From NCBI GenBank assembly GCA_943788935.1, contig CALSSE010000003.1, forward strand, positions 150,493 through 214,492: a stretch of 64,000 nt of DNA, written 5' to 3'. A program made the translations under genes and the position numbers. Of the stretch, positions 9,981 to 20,839 are shown in pieces. Source of the DNA: an uncultured bacterium. GTDB taxonomy: Bacteria > Myxococcota_A > Bradymonadia > UBA7976 > VGTA01. The first letter of the stretch is position 1; every line of letters starts with the position of its first letter. A model generated the notes under the pieces. That model had not been told where the DNA came from, did not search any database, and saw only the letters and a list, made by a program, of their open reading frames with translations.

Positions 9981-12785
9981 CTAGGATCGACGGAGGAGAG
10001 CGCTCAGTCGAGAAGAGAGGGTAGCCTCGCCGATGAGCCGGCGCTGGGACCAAGCAGAGCTGATCACGACCCATATCCCCCAAAGTCTCTGTACAGCGAT
10101 CAACCATAATGACCGCTGAGAGATCTCTGAGGTCAAAGACGGAGATAGCTCAACACCAATAAGGGACTGCAGGGGTTCTCCCCATGCCCCCAACGTGACA
10201 AGTTCAATGCTCTCCATAAGCTCAGAGGTCGATCCACTCCACCATTGAGCGATAAAGGCGATCAGGCTGATAATGAGCAGCTTTGAGATTAATTTTGGAA
10301 TACATAAACCACCTCGTCCATTTAAGATGCTGTAGCGGAACCATCTCACAGGACCAGCGATGAAGCTACTGAAGGGAGAGGCAACGCTCATCGCTTTAAG
10401 GAGTAGAGAGCTCGCCTGGGCCCTGTATAGAGACTCCTCCGACTTTGCTCCTCGTCGAGAGGAATGATCAGCGATCAATGTCGCCCAGAGATATTCATCA
10501 TAGAGGTCAGCGACCCTGCTCATGCGATGTATATTGCGCTGTGGATCACCGGTAAGACTCCGCTGAGAGAGATAGGAGATCGGACCGCCCTCATGGCTCA
10601 ACTTACTCAGAGTAGGCGTATTGAGTACACCAATATTCATCCCTTGGGCGCTCAAGGAGATCGATCCAACGAGGCCATACTTAGCGCTCTGTGATACTAA
10701 ACGAGAGAGGTCTAGCCTCTCACTGACGTTCAGCTGATCAGCGTTAAGATGAAGTCTGACTCCTCCTACCGATCGTTGTTTGTGTACAAGAGCATTATCT
10801 CCTATCAGCCGCGGAGAACTGATCACTAGAGATCTAGAGCATGTCACTCCGCTGAGATTGACCTGATAAAGAGGGCGCGTATAACTGACCTCTCGCTCGG
10901 CCACCTCTTTATTGGATTCTGAGAGGATCACCGACCACTCATTTAGCTCAAAGGCTTGACCTAAACATGCTCCATCTAACTCAAGGCTCCTCGCTACTCT
11001 CAAGGCGCTAGCCCGCAAGGTTCCCTCCACGGTTACATCGCTCATATGAGATTCGCTATCCGAACCGATGAAGCATCCATCGAGGGTGAGATCATTGAGG
11101 CACTTCGCTCGATAAAAGATTCTCGATCCCAAGAGTTCACAATCGTGAAGACGACATTCACCCTCTAAAGTGGTATCAGCGAAGATATTGTCCCTGAGAG
11201 TGACCCTATCAAGTCGAGCGAACGATGTGATCGTAGTTTGGCTAAAGATTGCCCCGTCGAGCTCAGTATCTCTGAAGAAAACTTCTCTGAGATATACCTC
11301 ACCCGCTCCGCGCTCCTCCAGAGTCTCCACCGCCGGGTAAGTCACCCGTGAATCAGTTACCGACCACTGGTGAATGACTGACTCCACTCCCCAAGTCAAT
11401 TCTTCAACAGAAACATCTCTCCACTCCAAACGCTCAACCCAAGATAAACCTAATACCAGCTTATGAAACATCACTTGATGAAGTTGAATCCCTCCCCATT
11501 CGCCTTCACTCCATAAGGAGACAGCGTCACTCGCATCAAAACGGAGCGCGGACAGATGTTCCCCTGATGAGCCCTCTAGCGAGAATTCTTCAGTGACCTC
11601 AATATCAATCATGCTCAACTCTGTAAACTCACTATTATCTAGTTTTAATGAGGTTAGCATCGCAGAATAAATAGATAGATCCCCTAAGCTCGTATCTTGT
11701 ATTGAGAGTTGTCTCAGAGGGCTCTCCACTCCTCTCCCTGTAAATCTTAAGTGACGATATGAGCCCCCATTGATGATAAGGGAAGGAGGAAGAGAGATCG
11801 CCGCTTGTGTGTCTCCTGATTCAAGAGAGTCTTGGCTGAGGCTGCAGTGATTAAGTTGAATCTCGTCAACCTCTAGTTCAAAGCATTGGAGATCGCTAAG
11901 GACAACAACACCATCAAATATGACGGTTGATGAACCGCTGGTATCCTGGCTCATCGTCAAAGATGTTGGTTTTATAGGGAGAGCATCGATGGCCATAAAG
12001 GAGTGCGGAGAGCTCCAACTCTCTGAATGTTCAGTCTCACGGACCATCACCAAGAGGCTATCCACTGCGACCTCTCTAAGCCTTAATGGCTGTGGTCCTG
12101 ATAAAGAGAGCTCACTCAACTTGATATGATCAGCGAGGCTCTCTTCTATAACGAGACCCGAAGCTAATGAGCTAGACCCCTCTTCGACGACCTGACTGAT
12201 GACGCATGCCTCGATATCTGCACAAAGCCTTGAATCATCAATGACGAGAGTAACATCGGTCAACATTGACCAAATCATATTGAGCTGATGTGAGGACTCC
12301 CCATCCTCATCAAAAATAGACAGCCGACAATGACTAAGCGCTGAAGATTCTACTAGGATGGAATGATAACCATGCAGCGTTAGATCACCGCTAAATATAG
12401 ATCGTGAACACAGAAATTCTGAGTTAACGCTCCCTTGAATCACACTCAGGTGAAAATCGACTCGACTACGCTCAATATAGATGTGATCAAGAGAGACTTC
12501 TGTGAATGCAGCTTGAGTAATGATCGTATTATGGAGATGTAACTCATGACAAAACGACTGAGAGGCGACGAGTGGAGGCTCAGCGCCAAGAGCGCTCTCC
12601 TCTTCCGAAGACAAAACACCTAGGACCCCTGTCACAAAGCATTCATTGAGAGTGACTTGGCCTTGAAAAGACGAATCTGCGAAGTACAAATCACCATTAA
12701 ATTGGCAACGCTCAAAGAGTAGGCTAGACCCACTCACCTTGATAAAATTAATGGAGGGAAAGGAGCAGTCTACAAACCGAATCAC
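9981..12785 (-). CDS. Large pentapeptide-repeat-like protein with a C-terminal transmembrane region
   Basis: The N-terminus FERCQFNGDLYFADSSFQGQVTLNECFVTG and later stretches (IFADTTLEGECRLHDCELLGSRIF) fit the pentapeptide periodicity. The C-terminal ~120 aa contain hydrophobic helices. 934 aa. Confidence 0.5.
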   Translation of the reverse strand: MIRFVDCSFPSINFIKVSGSSLLFERCQFNGDLYFADSSFQGQVTLNECFVTGVLGVLSSEEESALGAEPPLVASQSFCHELHLHNTIITQAAFTEVSLDHIYIERSRVDFHLSVIQGSVNSEFLCSRSIFSGDLTLHGYHSILVESSALSHCRLSIFDEDGESSHQLNMIWSMLTDVTLVIDDSRLCADIEACVISQVVEEGSSSLASGLVIEESLADHIKLSELSLSGPQPLRLREVAVDSLLVMVRETEHSESWSSPHSFMAIDALPIKPTSLTMSQDTSGSSTVIFDGVVVLSDLQCFELEVDEIQLNHCSLSQDSLESGDTQAAISLPPSLIINGGSYRHLRFTGRGVESPLRQLSIQDTSLGDLSIYSAMLTSLKLDNSEFTELSMIDIEVTEEFSLEGSSGEHLSALRFDASDAVSLWSEGEWGGIQLHQVMFHKLVLGLSWVERLEWRDVSVEELTWGVESVIHQWSVTDSRVTYPAVETLEERGAGEVYLREVFFRDTELDGAIFSQTTITSFARLDRVTLRDNIFADTTLEGECRLHDCELLGSRIFYRAKCLNDLTLDGCFIGSDSESHMSDVTVEGTLRASALRVARSLELDGACLGQAFELNEWSVILSESNKEVAEREVSYTRPLYQVNLSGVTCSRSLVISSPRLIGDNALVHKQRSVGGVRLHLNADQLNVSERLDLSRLVSQSAKYGLVGSISLSAQGMNIGVLNTPTLSKLSHEGGPISYLSQRSLTGDPQRNIHRMSRVADLYDEYLWATLIADHSSRRGAKSEESLYRAQASSLLLKAMSVASPFSSFIAGPVRWFRYSILNGRGGLCIPKLISKLLIISLIAFIAQWWSGSTSELMESIELVTLGAWGEPLQSLIGVELSPSLTSEISQRSLWLIAVQRLWGIWVVISSAWSQRRLIGEATLSSRLSALLRRS

Positions 12786-13006
12786 ATGTTCAAATGTGTA
12801 CTCTTCAAGAGTGTCTTCAAAATCTAGTTCCCACCACAGCTGACCAACCTCAAATATTTCACTAGATCGTCTACCTAGCTTCCATCTCTCATAGTGGTGG
12901 ATCAGATCAGCGAGCGTCGAGATCGGATTACGATAGGGGGGTTCTTGGCAAACATGAATCTCTCCGCTCCTGAGATAGAGCCACTGTGAAGGAGTCCAGT
13001 CTCTCT

Positions 13007-14050
13007 CTACCTCGTTAACTTCCTCTGCCGCATTATCCCCCTCTGCCGCATTATCCCCCTCTGCTTCGTTAACTTCCCCTGCCTCGTTAACTTCCCCTGC
13101 CTCGTTAACTTCCCCTGCCTCGTTAACTTCCCCTGCCTCGTAACTTCCTCTGCCGCGTCATCTGTCTTGTCTGAATGCTCCAATGAAGAGTGAATGTTCC
13201 TTAGGCTAGATTGGTCTTCTTCACTGAGAGAATCATCCTCTGAGTCCTGAGCAGACAACTCTCCTTCATCAACGTGGTCACTTTGTTCACCCTGTTTATC
13301 TTGTTTATCATCGGTCAAGATGATTCCTGCCTCAGTCAGCAACGGTGGAAAAGCGGGCGCTTCCAAGTCTTCTACTTTAAAATCGACCGACTGAGAGAGG
13401 TGAGGGTCTGCCGAAGTATGATCTCGTCTGATCTGAACATCATCCTCCCAAGAAGAGGCATGATCTTTTAAATAAGAGAAGTCGTCCGAGAGGGCATCTT
13501 TAAGCTCATCTCTCATCTGAACCCACTCCGACTGGACAGTATTCAACGTCTCGCTCCAGTCTCCTTCATCTTTTAAGGCGACCTCTAACTCTGAGTCTCC
13601 CCCAACTATCATTGGATCAGAGAGAGGAGCTACCTCCTCTAACCCCTCTAACTCCTCTAACTCCTCTAACTCCTCTAACTCCTCTAACTCTTCTACTTGA
13701 GAAGAACCAAGAGTGTCTCCCTCAATGACTTGATCATTGATAAGGTCACGATCAGAGAGGATCTGGGTCTGCAATGTGTCAGAACCTGAAGGTTTAGACA
13801 TGACCTCAATCGCTTGGGGTTCCACTGAAGAGCGCTCTTCAATTTCTGCCTTACCTCTCCCATCCACTGAGCTAACACTCGCCGCTAAAGGTTCTTGGCC
13901 TTTGAGCCAGCTAGCAATAAACTTAGTTCTCTCCTCGGGAGGGAGAGACTTGGCTCGCGCCAAAAAAGCATCTCTCTCGTTAAGGGTCAAAGTAGCTAAT
14001 TTTTGCTTAATGAGCGCTTGAACTCTACGTTGACTTGATGTGGACTCCAT
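13007..14050 (-). CDS. Acidic repeat-containing hypothetical protein
   Basis: Contains (EELE)n from 12-bp repeats at about 13625-13690 and a C-terminal (TRQGKL)4/(QRGIMR)2 from 18-bp repeats at 13020-13150. No known domain. Confidence 0.4.
   Translation of the reverse strand: MESTSSQRRVQALIKQKLATLTLNERDAFLARAKSLPPEERTKFIASWLKGQEPLAASVSSVDGRGKAEIEERSSVEPQAIEVMSKPSGSDTLQTQILSDRDLINDQVIEGDTLGSSQVEELEELEELEELEELEGLEEVAPLSDPMIVGGDSELEVALKDEGDWSETLNTVQSEWVQMRDELKDALSDDFSYLKDHASSWEDDVQIRRDHTSADPHLSQSVDFKVEDLEAPAFPPLLTEAGIILTDDKQDKQGEQSDHVDEGELSAQDSEDDSLSEEDQSSLRNIHSSLEHSDKTDDAAEEVTRQGKLTRQGKLTRQGKLTRQGKLTKQRGIMRQRGIMRQRKLTR
13020..13150 (-). repeat. 18-bp tandem coding repeats (gcctcgttaacttcccct x4, plus ctgccgcattatccccct x2) at the 3' end of the CDS
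   Basis: Directly visible. Translates to TRQGKL/QRGIMR repeats on the minus strand. Confidence 0.9.
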
Positions 14051-14383
14051 ACAACCTCTTTACATAATCTAAAATGAGTAGCTCAATGATTGAGCCATTT
14101 CTAATCTTTAGATCACAATATAACTCTAATTCACTTGAAGACTAACGATAAGATCAGCTCTAGCTCCTATCAAGGCTTAAGTTCACATTCCCTCACTTCC
14201 GAGAGATAAGCAGACAGAAGAATGAGATGTCGCTAACGAGCTCACTGCTCAAGCACACTCCTGAATCTCCCATTGTGATACGCGCTGTGTTCACCACGCT
14301 CAGATCGGAGCCCATCGCCTATACTTAGCGAACACAACCGTGGTCTAGGACCTCGAGTTGAGTATGCTCCATCTCCAAGAGAT

Positions 14384-16204
14384 TTATCCCCCCGATTTAA
14401 AGCGGAATGGATAACGAACTTTCACCATCTTCCCATTCTTAGGAGCGGGGAAACGTAGCTTCTTGATATTACCTGCGATACATCTCTCAACTTTTGGATT
14501 ATTCATAGTGCTCCGAGCAACTACAGACTGGAGCACCTTCCCTTGGCCTGAGATGATGATCTTCATCTCTATCTTACCATTGAGATCTCGTTTCACTTGT
14601 AGCTGTCGCTCATAACAGCTTTGGTAGGCCCCCGCGCGGCTCATAATCACCCGACGAACCACATCTCTAGGTAAGTTCCCCCCATCGATCTTGGCCGCTA
14701 GAGGAATAATCTTAGGCTTTCTGCGTCTCTTCCGCCCAATATTAGAAGCCCCTGATCCATAGCCCTTTCCACCTCGACCGCCGCCACCTCCACCGACGGT
14801 GCTTAGACCGCCGAGGCCAAAGGAGCCTACTCCATCTCCTCCACCGCCAGTCCCTGTTCCGACTCCCCCTAAACCACCGACTCCAAAGGCGTTGCCTGCC
14901 ATCTCTCCTGTCTGATTACCGGTAAAGCCCTCGAGCGCACCGAGCGCTACTGCTGACTCATTACCGTCCAATAATCCGCTATCCATGGAAGAGAAAATCT
15001 CGTCTACTACATTCTGAGCGACTTCTTGCTTTCGAGCAGCGATCACGCTTGGGTCTCCGGCATCAGTCCCTTTAATCTGATATTTCTTATTCTGCTCTAG
15101 GCTCTCTTTTTTTCCCATCGCCCCTTCGTCATCAGCTGCTTTTTTTGCTCCATCTTCACCATTTTTTTTCTCTTCAATCTTCTCTTCCGCCTCCAAGGAG
15201 ATTTCAATAAATCGATTAAGCGCTGCCAATCGATCTAAGTCCAAACTCTCGGGAGATTGAGGGATTAAGCTGAGCAAGGTAAAGATCATCACCATGAATA
15301 TGGCGACCCCGCCAATAGAAGCGATCAGGGGAGGGTCAATACGGTCGGAGAGAGTAAGTGGAGGAGCGGATCCGGGGTGAGGGATCACCGCGACTAGAAA
15401 GCTGAACTCACCAATGGTGAGTCGACATCGCGCTCGAAGAGGTAGGGCGAGAGAGCTGCTATCAGGGACTCTCCCTCTGCTCATTCGGCCCGCATCTCTG
15501 AGGCCATTTAAGTCAAAGACCTTTCCATCGAGCATCACCTCACCATTGATGTTGTCCGGTATATGAACCAACATCGCTCCCCCATCGGTTACCTCAGCGA
15601 GAGGAAAAGCATCCGCTGTAGGTAGAACTCCAGGGTTGACAACGCAGTCAGCATCCACCCCAAACCCTATCGTGAAGACATCGGGCTCCGACTCATACAG
15701 GTGACCATAAGAGATCACCGAGGTGCCAAATAAACCAAGTACCTGTAGGACCTTCCCATATCCTCTGTCCACCTCAGCGTCAAAATTAGGGAGTGACTTG
15801 CGACTGACCTGTGCAGGCCCTCTAGCGCTCGCTGAAGTTTGAATAACTTGCTCTGTACCTGGCCTTCGAGCGGTCTGTCCAGCGATGGTTACGATACACT
15901 CTACCCCACCAAAACGTACTCGATCTCCAGTAAAGAGTTTAGACCTCATCACCGGCTCATTATTAAGAAACGTCCCTTGATCGCTACCAAGGTCTTTGAG
16001 AATGACCTCATTCGGATTTCGCACCTCTAGCTCAGCATGAAGTCTAGATACGCTAGGATCATCAAAACGGAGCGAATGTGAGCTCAGTTTTCCGATTTTC
16101 AAGCTAGCCCCCATAAGGACCTCTGTCCTCACGATTTGGTGACCTGCGAATATCTCAAAGCGAATTGGAGTGTTACTATCCATTAGATAGGCCCTTTCAA
16201 GCAA
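14384..16204 (-). CDS. FHA-domain protein with a Gly-rich linker and an AgmX/PglI-type (TonB-C-like) C-terminal domain
   Basis: The N-terminal FHA domain reads LKIGKLSSHSLRFDDPSVSRLHAELEVRNPNEVILKDLGSDQGTFLNNEPV. A hydrophobic TM segment and a poly-Gly region follow. The C-terminus ...PRDVVRRVIMSRAGAYQSCYERQLQ...CIAGNIKKLRFPAP resembles the Myxococcus AgmX/PglI C-terminal domain. Confidence 0.7.
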   Translation of the reverse strand: MLERAYLMDSNTPIRFEIFAGHQIVRTEVLMGASLKIGKLSSHSLRFDDPSVSRLHAELEVRNPNEVILKDLGSDQGTFLNNEPVMRSKLFTGDRVRFGGVECIVTIAGQTARRPGTEQVIQTSASARGPAQVSRKSLPNFDAEVDRGYGKVLQVLGLFGTSVISYGHLYESEPDVFTIGFGVDADCVVNPGVLPTADAFPLAEVTDGGAMLVHIPDNINGEVMLDGKVFDLNGLRDAGRMSRGRVPDSSSLALPLRARCRLTIGEFSFLVAVIPHPGSAPPLTLSDRIDPPLIASIGGVAIFMVMIFTLLSLIPQSPESLDLDRLAALNRFIEISLEAEEKIEEKKNGEDGAKKAADDEGAMGKKESLEQNKKYQIKGTDAGDPSVIAARKQEVAQNVVDEIFSSMDSGLLDGNESAVALGALEGFTGNQTGEMAGNAFGVGGLGGVGTGTGGGGDGVGSFGLGGLSTVGGGGGGRGGKGYGSGASNIGRKRRRKPKIIPLAAKIDGGNLPRDVVRRVIMSRAGAYQSCYERQLQVKRDLNGKIEMKIIISGQGKVLQSVVARSTMNNPKVERCIAGNIKKLRFPAPKNGKMVKVRYPFRFKSGG

Positions 16205-16236
16205 ATATCTCTAACATAAGCCCTTGTGAGAACCGA

Positions 16237-16485
16237 TCAGATACCCTCTGCCGATTTCACGATCTCTTTTTGGAAGTCTTTTCGGATGGTGATTAGAGTA
16301 TTTATTTTTGAGCCACCAAGACCCTTGATGTAGAGCTCTTCGGGACTCTTGGTACTCCCATCGATCACATCTTCTTCAAAATCATACTCTACAGATTCAT
16401 CTGATGTCTCTTGAGCGTGAGCGATAGAGACTAGAGAATATGTTAAAGCTAAGATAAAGCCGAGTTTACAAATTGCGTTCATCAT
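16237..16485 (-). CDS. Small secreted hypothetical protein
   Basis: 82-aa ORF with an N-terminal signal peptide (LALTYSLVSIAHAQE). Confidence 0.3.
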   Translation of the reverse strand: MMNAICKLGFILALTYSLVSIAHAQETSDESVEYDFEEDVIDGSTKSPEELYIKGLGGSKINTLITIRKDFQKEIVKSAEGI

Positions 16486-16705
16486 GGACTCTCCTGTTAT
16501 TTGATCGAGTGTGGTGAAGTTATATATTCCCTAACTTGCCCAAGAAGTTCAACCTCAAGACCAAGTTTTCTCGCCTAAAAAGAACTCAAGTTCATATCCC
16601 CTAAGGAATGAGCCACAAAGTAGTCTTGATGTCTACATTGATATCGATGTTGATGTCCCAACATTGTCTTATCTGACAGTGAGCCTTAAGGAAAGTTCAT
16701 CTCTT

Positions 16706-16978
16706 TTATTTATTTTTCATCAACATGAGCGCCAGCCAAATGAAAACATGGAGAGCAACGATAGCGTACAATATGTACATGTATGAAGATTTCTGGCGTT
16801 TATGTCTAAAAAGTTCACTCGAGATTAGAGCTCCAGGCCAACCTCCAGCGAGCTCAAGGGTGTGTAGCCACTTCTCAGGGATACGCCTTGAGCGACTCTC
16901 CGCCAGGCGTTTATCAATAAAAAAGAAGACTGAAGTGACGAGGCTGATCGCGCCGTACCAATACAATAGATAGAGCAC
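16706..16978 (-). CDS. DUF1294 family membrane protein
   Basis: RIPEKWLHTLELAGGWPGALISSELFRHKRQKSSY matches the DUF1294 signature. Confidence 0.6.
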   Translation of the reverse strand: MLYLLYWYGAISLVTSVFFFIDKRLAESRSRRIPEKWLHTLELAGGWPGALISSELFRHKRQKSSYMYILYAIVALHVFIWLALMLMKNK

Positions 16979-17751
16979 TACTTCTCTCCTTCCTCTCGCT
17001 CACTGTCGAGGAGATGATCCTCCTCCTCAAGCTCCTCTTCATCAGAGAGTTCAGGATACCCAGTGAAAGCGATCGTATTTCGAGTCAAGCGGAAACGATG
17101 AATAGGCAACCCCTTTTTAATACATGAGCGCTCCCGATGAGTATGGGGAAGGTCATCTTGCTCAAAAGAGACGAGTTCGCCAAGCTCTGGACGAGCGAGG
17201 AGCGCCTCCTTAATCTCTTCTGCGATCATCGCGACATCACTCTTAACCCAAATATATCCTCCCGGAGATAGCTTTTCAGAGATCTCCGCAGCAAAACGAG
17301 TGTCAACGAGTCGACGTTTAATATGACGCTTTTTCCACCATGGATCAGGAAAGGTGACAAACATATCGCTAAGAGAGCCCGTGGCGAACAGTCGAGGTAA
17401 TAGGATCTTGGCATCTCCCCAGATCACTCTGAGATTCCTTGGAGACCCCGCCTTACCGCACATTTGGGCCAGACGAACCCCAAAACGTCTCCGGATTTCA
17501 ATCCCGACCACATTTCGATCAGGGTGCCTCTCCGCTAATTCTGTAATAAACCGCCCTCGATTAAAGCCCACCTCTAACATGAGAGGGGCTTCACGACCAA
17601 AAGCCTCTCTCCAGCTCCAGGGTAGCGCCTCTTCCAAAGGCTGCTTATGGTGACCCCCAGACAGTGGTGAACCATAAATCGCTTCGTTGAGAAAAGCCCA
17701 TCGCTCTTCTATCGATGGTAGTTCAATTGCAGGACCTCTTAACCTTGGCAT
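16978..17751 (-). CDS. trmB: tRNA (guanine46-N7)-methyltransferase
   Basis: The motifs LEVGFNRGRFITELAERHPDRNVVGIEIRRRF and FVTFPDPWWKKRHIKRRLV fit TrmB. Acidic C-terminal tail. Confidence 0.8.
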   Translation of the reverse strand: MPRLRGPAIELPSIEERWAFLNEAIYGSPLSGGHHKQPLEEALPWSWREAFGREAPLMLEVGFNRGRFITELAERHPDRNVVGIEIRRRFGVRLAQMCGKAGSPRNLRVIWGDAKILLPRLFATGSLSDMFVTFPDPWWKKRHIKRRLVDTRFAAEISEKLSPGGYIWVKSDVAMIAEEIKEALLARPELGELVSFEQDDLPHTHRERSCIKKGLPIHRFRLTRNTIAFTGYPELSDEEELEEEDHLLDSEREEGEK

Positions 17752-17943
17752 CGCGCTCTCCTTAAACAGCGACTATGTGTACGAACAACCACTCATTACA
17801 CAATCAACACCTCATCAACAAGTAACACTTCATCTACTCGACTATTTCAATCTCTGTGTTCTAGAAATGCCTGAGGGTGTGTGGAGTATAAATTGACAGG
17901 CCCACTGATGATGTAGATGATACAGCATTGAGCTGTAAAAAGA

Positions 17944-18423
17944 ATGCTCATCAACCCTAAATATTACAAAGATCTATCGCTTTTGGAGTTCACTTTGACA
18001 CGCCTCACAGCTTCTACTCTCTGCCTGATTTCACTTATTTTCATAGGCTCTCAGGCTTGCTCTCCTAAGAACACCTCTGAGCCCGCACCTGCTCCTCCTC
18101 AGACTTCCAAAGATAAGAGTTCAACAGAGACTCGTCAGACATTGGATGCTGATACTTACACAGTCTCCCTCCCCCAATCTGATACCCCGCTTACGATTAA
18201 TCCAAAGCCGGGCTACAAGATTAATGCTGACTTTCCCCATCGCGCTATTCTCACCGCGGGAGAGATCACAGAGACCGCTCTCACAGACCATAACGAGAAG
18301 CGTCTCCTCTTCAAACTTCCCAAAGAGACTAAACTACCCAATGTCGGTATTAAAGCAGACTTAAGTTTTAGCGTTTGCAATGATCAAATGTGCAAGCTCT
18401 ATAAAGAGACTTATCAGTGGTAA
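17944..18423 (+). CDS. Hypothetical lipoprotein
   Basis: Signal peptide with Cys (GSQACSP) and a Pro/Ser/Thr-rich linker. Confidence 0.4.
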   Translation: MLINPKYYKDLSLLEFTLTRLTASTLCLISLIFIGSQACSPKNTSEPAPAPPQTSKDKSSTETRQTLDADTYTVSLPQSDTPLTINPKPGYKINADFPHRAILTAGEITETALTDHNEKRLLFKLPKETKLPNVGIKADLSFSVCNDQMCKLYKETYQW

Positions 18424-18529
18424 TCGACGCGATTTAACGATCACTCTCATACGATATTCTCTTTGCCTTATTCTCTTTGCCTTGAGCGACCCCTCTTCCA
18501 AAGATACTTAACCTGATAACGGAGTATAC

Positions 18530-20839
18530 ATGAGTTCCGCCTCCCTCTCCTTTTTAGACGGCTTACAGGCCGAGCTCAAAAATAAGTTTAGCCAAGATCG
18601 GTCGCTGATGTCCTTTGGCGACTTCTTGGATGAGGTCAGCGCCCAACCGCTCATTCACACCCGAGACTCAGCCCGTTATCTACATGACGCGATTATGTCT
18701 TATGGCTATGAAGAGCTTGAGCGCCCCTATGGAGTCTTCAAGAGATACCATATCTTCGACGCTCCATTTGATAATGGTTTAGATGCCGTATCTGGTCAGG
18801 AAGAAGCACAAGAGAAGCTCATTGGGCTCATTGGGGACTTTAAGCGCGAAGGTCGAGCGAACCGCCTTATCCTCTTACACGGTCCAAACGGCTCTGCAAA
18901 GACCTCAATGATAAACTGTTTACAGCGAGGCTTAGAGGCATACAGCGCTACACCGGAAGGCGCGATATATACCTTTAGTTGGCTCTTTCCTTCCAAGCGC
19001 TACGAAGGTGGGGGGATTGGCTTCGGGCCCTCTAAATCTCAAAGCAACCTCAGCTCATATACTGAGCTTAATGGGACAGAGCTCGACGCAAGAATCGCTA
19101 ATGAGCTCCATGATCACCCGCTATTACTCCTCCCACAAGCCGCGCGGTTAAAGTTTCTGAGAGAGTCTTTTCAAGTAGACTTACAGCGAGGAGATGACTT
19201 GATCACTTCCTCTCGCCTTGATGAACTCATTGAAGAGCGTATCTCCTCACTCCCCAGGTATATGACCGATGGACAACTCAGCCCTCAATCCGCGGCTATC
19301 TTTGAAGCTCTTTTAAAGACATATCAAGGGGATATTAATGAGGTTTATAAGCATATTCAGGTAGAGCGTTATCATATCTCAAGACGCTATCGAAGAGGAG
19401 TTACAACCGTTGATCCTCAGCTGAGGGTTGATGCTCAAGCGAGACAGGTGACCGCTGATCGCTCTATGGCGAGCCTCCCCGCAGCGCTCCAGCATCTCAA
19501 CCTCTTTGAGCCGATGGGTCATCTCGTAGAAGGTAACCGAGGGATCATCGAGTATAATGATCTCCTCAAACGACCCGTCGAGACCTTTAAATATCTCCTC
19601 TCTACCACGGAGAGCGGCGCGGTACGCCTAGATCATTTGACGATCTATATCGACTCGGTCATGATCGGTAGTTGCAACTTTGAGACGCTACAAGCGTTTA
19701 TTGAGCTTCCAGATTTCGCAAGTTTCAAGGGGAGGATAGAGCTCATCAAAGTGCCTTATCTCAGAGATGTCGCTCTTGAAGAGAAGGTCTATGAGAGCAC
19801 TATCACTAGCCTCACCAAGCGTACTTTCATTACCCCGGATGTCGGCCATTGGCTGGCGACTTGGGCAGTGATGACTCGACTTGAGCGACCTCAGCCGGTG
19901 CACTTCCCACAGGAGCTAAAGACGGAAATAGAGGAGATGACTCCGCACGAAAAGCTAGAGCTCTACACTTATGGTCGAGCTTCAGAAAACCTCCTTATGG
20001 AAGAGCGTAAAGCGCTCTTAAGGCAAGTGAACTCTCTGTATAGAGAGCCTCTAGTCGGAGGGATCTATGAGGGATGGCTAGGAGCGAGTCCTCGGGAGCT
20101 AAAAGGCTTACTGCTAAGTCTTGGTCGGCCGCAAGAAGCGGTCAATTCACGAGATGGGGTGATCGTAGATGAGCAGTCTTATTTCATTAGCCCTCTTCGC
20201 CTCTTTCAAGCTCTTCTTGAACTCTGTAAGCAACAGAGTGTTTATCCATTCTTGAGACGTAAAGTGAGCGGTCAGTTTTATCAGCCAAAGATCTTCGTCG
20301 GGAACCTAAAAGCGATCTATCTCGACCGAATTAAACTCCACTTCTTTGACGCTTTTGGTCTAGTCGCGATCGACAATGAGCTAGAACAGTTTAAAGAGTA
20401 TATTCAGCATCTTCGTTATAAATTAAGCGGTGAGAAACTACTTAACCCCCATACTGGCCAATATGAAGAGGCGAATGAAAAGCTCCTCCGAGAAGTAGAA
20501 GGGCGCTTAGGGATTAAGAGCGATGTCAGCCGGGCTAGAGATGGTTTAATTCAACAGGTCGCTAAATGGAAGATTGAGAATCCAGATGGCCTATTGGATT
20601 ATCGTGAACTCTTTGAGGAAGAGCTGCGCACTCTCCGTCTCAGTTATCTAAAGGAGACTGAGGAGATCGCTAAGCAGCGTCATACAGAGCTTATCTCTTA
20701 TCTCAGCGGTGAAGAGTCACTCAACGCACAAGATCGCCAACGAGCTGAGACTGCTCTGAGTTCTCTGAAAGCGCGTTTAGGTTATAATGAAGATAGTCTC
20801 CTTGAGGTCCTCCACTCTTTAAAACTCTCAGATGACTAG
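18530..20839 (+). CDS. prkA: PrkA-family AAA-type serine protein kinase
   Basis: The Walker A context LILLHGPNGSAKTSMINCLQRGLEAY and the ~770 aa length with the PrkA-like architecture are present. No yeaH/spoVR partner genes nearby. Confidence 0.7.
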   Translation: MSSASLSFLDGLQAELKNKFSQDRSLMSFGDFLDEVSAQPLIHTRDSARYLHDAIMSYGYEELERPYGVFKRYHIFDAPFDNGLDAVSGQEEAQEKLIGLIGDFKREGRANRLILLHGPNGSAKTSMINCLQRGLEAYSATPEGAIYTFSWLFPSKRYEGGGIGFGPSKSQSNLSSYTELNGTELDARIANELHDHPLLLLPQAARLKFLRESFQVDLQRGDDLITSSRLDELIEERISSLPRYMTDGQLSPQSAAIFEALLKTYQGDINEVYKHIQVERYHISRRYRRGVTTVDPQLRVDAQARQVTADRSMASLPAALQHLNLFEPMGHLVEGNRGIIEYNDLLKRPVETFKYLLSTTESGAVRLDHLTIYIDSVMIGSCNFETLQAFIELPDFASFKGRIELIKVPYLRDVALEEKVYESTITSLTKRTFITPDVGHWLATWAVMTRLERPQPVHFPQELKTEIEEMTPHEKLELYTYGRASENLLMEERKALLRQVNSLYREPLVGGIYEGWLGASPRELKGLLLSLGRPQEAVNSRDGVIVDEQSYFISPLRLFQALLELCKQQSVYPFLRRKVSGQFYQPKIFVGNLKAIYLDRIKLHFFDAFGLVAIDNELEQFKEYIQHLRYKLSGEKLLNPHTGQYEEANEKLLREVEGRLGIKSDVSRARDGLIQQVAKWKIENPDGLLDYRELFEEELRTLRLSYLKETEEIAKQRHTELISYLSGEESLNAQDRQRAETALSSLKARLGYNEDSLLEVLHSLKLSDD

